Assembly: GCA_002633005.1 (NCBI GenBank) | Contig: NMRA01000001.1 | Coordinates: 4,690,694 to 4,754,693, forward strand | Direction of reading: 5' to 3' | DNA length: 64,000 nt | Source of the DNA: Phoronis australis | Lineage: Eukaryota; Animalia; Phoronida | Part shown: piece by piece, positions 61,201-64,000 of the stretch | How the letters are laid out: the number at the start of each line of letters is the position of its first letter | Position numbering within the stretch: the first letter of the stretch is position 1 | Translations under genes and position numbers: made by a program | Notes under the pieces: model-generated | The model's input: only the letters and a program-made list of their open reading frames with translations | What the model was told of the DNA's origin: nothing | Databases searched by the model: none

Positions 61201-63237
61201 TTGTCTCAATCATGTTAAGTTTTCCATCACCTGGGGCCAGTGTCTAATCTTTGTACTCGAAATTGAACTCGCAGTTGTGATTGTCATTTCGTTTAGAACT
61301 ACTTTTGTGCAAAGTCAAGATTAGTGTCTATTAGTGTGCTTGAATATATTATTATGCATATCACTTTCTAGTCCAAGTTTACACATGATGACCCTAGATT
61401 TGAGGTAAAAACTCGAGTTCAGACTAAAATTTAATCCCTGATGCTGGGGTCATCAAGTGCAAACTAGTATTAGATAGTTATCCATTAAGTTATTGAGTAC
61501 TTGAACTTAGTGTAACAGACACTTATCTCGAGCTTGCGCAAACGTAGAATAAAAAGTGCCAAAAATAATTTTGATCTTGGGTAAAAAGATTAGAGCTCTG
61601 GCCATGGTGTTTGTCCCAGTATTGCATTGGTCTGAATTTTGTTTGTGCTGCAACACCTCCCCCCCTCCATCTCGGCTGTTGAAGAGATTCCTCTGCCTAC
61701 TCCTGTTCAATATAAGCAAATGCTAAGGCACCAAGTTATAGAGGCTGAACACATGACTAAACCTCATGCAGGTGAAGACAGTGGAGTCAGCATATTATTT
61801 TGATGAGGGCTAGATTTGTATGAGGACTGAAAAATTTGGTTGCCATCTTGAAATTGCCTGCATTCCTGGTAAACATGGCGAAAGTGTGAAGAATTGTTTC
61901 ACGTGTTGCGGTCTAGATTCTCTCACCCAGGCATACTTCTGTCAGTGAATAGATAAAGAGTGAGAGGGAGGCAAGGCAAATGTGTCTCACCTGGCCATTG
62001 TGGAAAGCTATACAGATTGCTTTTGAACTGTTGATAATAGAAATATTTATGATGAAGTGTATCCTAGTATTTCTCTTTATTCTGAAGGCATGACCTAAAA
62101 CTAACATCCCAGTATTTACACAATGACTGCTGTAAACATTTAATAATAGGATTGCCTTGAACTTGGCTGATAAAACCAGGATTTACCCTTTGGGTAGTAT
62201 AGCTTAGCAATCATGTTGCACCATTTACATGGTCAACCTTTATTTAGCTAATTTTGATCAAGCTCTTCTATTCTTGCTGAGACATGTTACTTCAACCTTG
62301 ACTTCCGTTGCCATACTGACTGTATGTAGTTGGTAAGAATATGACTGCTAATGAAAACTTCCCATGGCTACTCCCACTGTTCTTGATTTATTTACTAGTG
62401 AATCATTCATTCTGTGTAAATTATGGTTCTCAAAACCTTGGTATGCATGGCCTAGTCTCAGTGGTGGATTTGGGGGGGGGGGGACAAGAGGGTCTTGCCC
62501 TCCCCCTAAAATTCTTCCNGGGGGGGGGGGGGACAAGAGAGTCTTGCCCTCCCCCTAAAATTCTTCCTGATTCCATTTGGCAGTTTGGGGTTGTGAATGT
62601 CTGACAGGCAAAATCTTGTCTAATACTCTTCCCTGCCTCCCCCCAACTCAGAAACCTGGATCTGCCCCTGATTCTTATTCATATTTGTAGCTTTTTTGAC
62701 TAAATAGTGTTTGTAATATTGTCATATACAATTCTTCTCTTATTTTATACAAAAATAATAGATAAAATTGTAATTCAATTTAATTTCTATATTTCACTGG
62801 CCGATTACTTTGCTGAAAATAGTAGAAACTTTACTAAATGTTGCCAATATGAGCCAAGCTAATAATAGACGCTAATTTTCTTCTCCATTTTTGTTTATAA
62901 ATTTGAAAAAAAATCTTTATTCTTGTTAATAAATTTGAAAAAATACAATTTCATCAGTCTTCCATATTGTGTGCCAAATTGTTGAAGAATTACAGTGGTT
63001 ATGTTTTCACGCTGCGCAATATACATGTTAATGTTTGTGTGTTTGTCTGCAACACTGTTTATTCGTTTAAAATTTAATCCAAAAATATACTCTGTTTGCA
63101 GGTAGAGTACTTGATGAGTACATTCGACATTATGAGGAGTTGACTTATGACACAAGCTTAGTACACGAACGCCATCTACGAGCCAAAAGGTCAACTAGTG
63201 ATCACCACGTGCATATCGAGTTCAGCGCCCATGGAAG
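46209..63237 (+). CDS. ADAM10: ADAM10 / kuzbanian metalloprotease, 3'-partial (first two coding exons, 16.8 kb first intron)
   Basis: A signal-peptide exon joins in phase 1 to an exon encoding GRVLDEYIRHYEELTYDTSLVHERHLRAKRSTSDHHVHIEFSAHGR, matching the ADAM10 prodomain start (YIRHYExLxY...HxRAKR...FxAHGR). The window ends in a pyrimidine tract plus AG (ttttacctccacttttgtag), probably the exon 3 acceptor. Confidence 0.88.
46977..47121. repeat. Inverted repeat, 46-bp arms (43/46 match), 53-nt spacer
   Basis: CTTTGCTCTTTGTCGGTTCGAGGTCAAGGACCGTACGGAAATTGCC versus GGCAATTTCCGTACCGCCCTTGACCTCGAACCGACAAAGTGCAAAG. Confidence 0.92.
47284..47712. mobile_element. MITE family B copy
   Basis: TGCCCAGTTGCATGAAACAGTCCC ... 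GGGACTGTTTCATGCAACCCGGCC. Confidence 0.82.
48649..49058. mobile_element. MITE family B copy, inverted relative to 47284
   Basis: GGCCAGTTGCATGAAAAAGTCCC ... GACTGTTTCATGCAACC; interior colinear with the 31094 copy. Confidence 0.8.
52150..53150. repeat. Interspersed repeat, homologous to 37745-38850
   Basis: Same colinear blocks as above; boundaries approximate. Confidence 0.6.
53539..56353 (+). repeat. 2.8 kb direct duplication, copy 1
   Basis: Near-identical to 56946-59708 with scattered SNPs and indels; ends exactly at the N gap. Confidence 0.92.
54116..55828. mobile_element. Kolobok-like element (copy 1; copy 2 at about 57529-59188)
   Basis: TTAA flanks, long degenerate inverted termini, homology to 25350-27110. 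Confidence 0.55.
56354..56567. other. Assembly gap (N run)
   Basis: About 214 N. Confidence 0.99.
56568..56945. mobile_element. Right end of a Tc2/pogo-like element
   Basis: Subterminal GGGCGCTTAACCGAG-type repeats and terminus GGGCGTTAACCCGAACGTTTACGG|TA, same architecture as 7620-9032. Confidence 0.75.
56946..59708 (+). repeat. 2.8 kb direct duplication, copy 2
   Basis: Starts TAGTTACTAGCTTTGG and ends AATCAAGTCCT, as copy 1 does. Confidence 0.92.
62459..62670. mobile_element. Short hAT-like MITE
   Basis: CAGTGGTGGATT ... GGATCTGCCCCTG termini with G/C-run hairpins; internal duplication around an N; no clear TSD. Confidence 0.5.
63102..63237 (+). CDS. ADAM10: ADAM10 exon 2 (prodomain with RAKR proprotein-convertase site)
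   Basis: tctgtttgcag|GTAGAG...GGAAG|gtgaga; (G)RVLDEYIRHYEELTYD...HLRAKRSTSDHHVHIEFSAHG(R). Confidence 0.92.
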
Positions 63238-64000
63238 GTGAGACATTCTTCGGAACTACATTAATGTTCGTGGTGACGTGCGGTCATCAAAAATAGTGAG
63301 CGACTTACGTTGCACTTCAGTTCAGAATTGTACATAGGATCTGTTATTTTAGCATCCTGCGGGTCACAAATGCGACCTCAGATTTTGTTTGGTGACCTAG
63401 TCTTTGTGAAGTCGGCATGCACAGATCCAAGCACACACTCGGTGTATTACAGGTAGTAAGCAGGAGATATTCGGATGCGTTCTCTAAATTTGAAGGGCTC
63501 AAGGGTGCAAGTTCTATGGTGTCACACTGTGAACCATACAAACTAAAAAAAAATTGTACCATTTATGATTTTCTATGGAAAGCCAAGTAGACAGGTTATC
63601 ATTTTCAAAAACAATCTTCGTATTTCTTTAAAAAAGAGACCAGTAACATTAGGAAGTATGTAGATACATATTTACTTGTACTGGTAAGATGGCTGTTTGA
63701 AGATAATGAGCCCGTCATGCGGCACTTACCTGTACGTTTACTGGGGTTCTCTAATGGGGGTTCTCACATAGCGGAGATTGTTAAAGATATGCTGCTAACT
63801 TCTGTGAGTAATTTTCCCACTTGGGTATGATTTATGTTCGTGTTATGGTATGGAATAGGACTAGTAACCCGTTCACAAACTGGCTCAAAATGCTAGCGTT
63901 TTCTCTAGCGCCTCCTCCAGCAGAAAATGCCGTAATGTGAACGGTTGCAAGTGTCACTTCTGATAGCTATTTGCTGGCAGTTTTACCTCCACTTTTGTAG

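Noticed and set aside
1-64000. tRNA, rRNA, SINE heads, or intact transposase/reverse transcriptase ORFs
   Set aside because: None recognised by eye; a covariance-model or repeat-library scan would be needed to exclude small ncRNAs.

Overview
AT-rich, intron-rich animal genomic DNA. The exon structure and repeat landscape look like a marine invertebrate (possibly a mollusc); the taxon cannot be fixed from this window. Three spliced genes were reconstructed by reading the exons. (1) The 3' part of an M1 zinc aminopeptidase (aminopeptidase N/A-like; + strand, 14 exons, 1939-17846). (2) A complete kinesin-6 KIF23/MKLP1/pavarotti gene (- strand, about 24 coding exons, 45727-23999, about 880 aa). 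(3) The first two coding exons of ADAM10/kuzbanian (+ strand, 46209-46263 and 63102-63237), which the ORF track misses. KIF23 and ADAM10 are head-to-head, with 481 bp between their start codons, across a promoter carrying CHR, CCAAT and E2F-like motifs. Introns hold many non-autonomous DNA transposons (Tc2/pogo-, Harbinger-, Kolobok- and piggyBac-like; one nested) and minisatellites, and a 2.8 kb near-identical duplication flanks an assembly gap. The most unusual pattern is that several tandem repeats or duplications are copies of the exon-intron junction itself (three arrays have a 40-bp period), producing ladders of decoy splice sites. Other leads are candidate KIF23 cassette/micro-exons, overlapping donors giving two KIF23 C-termini, and a palindromic two-strand poly(A) signal between the convergent genes.
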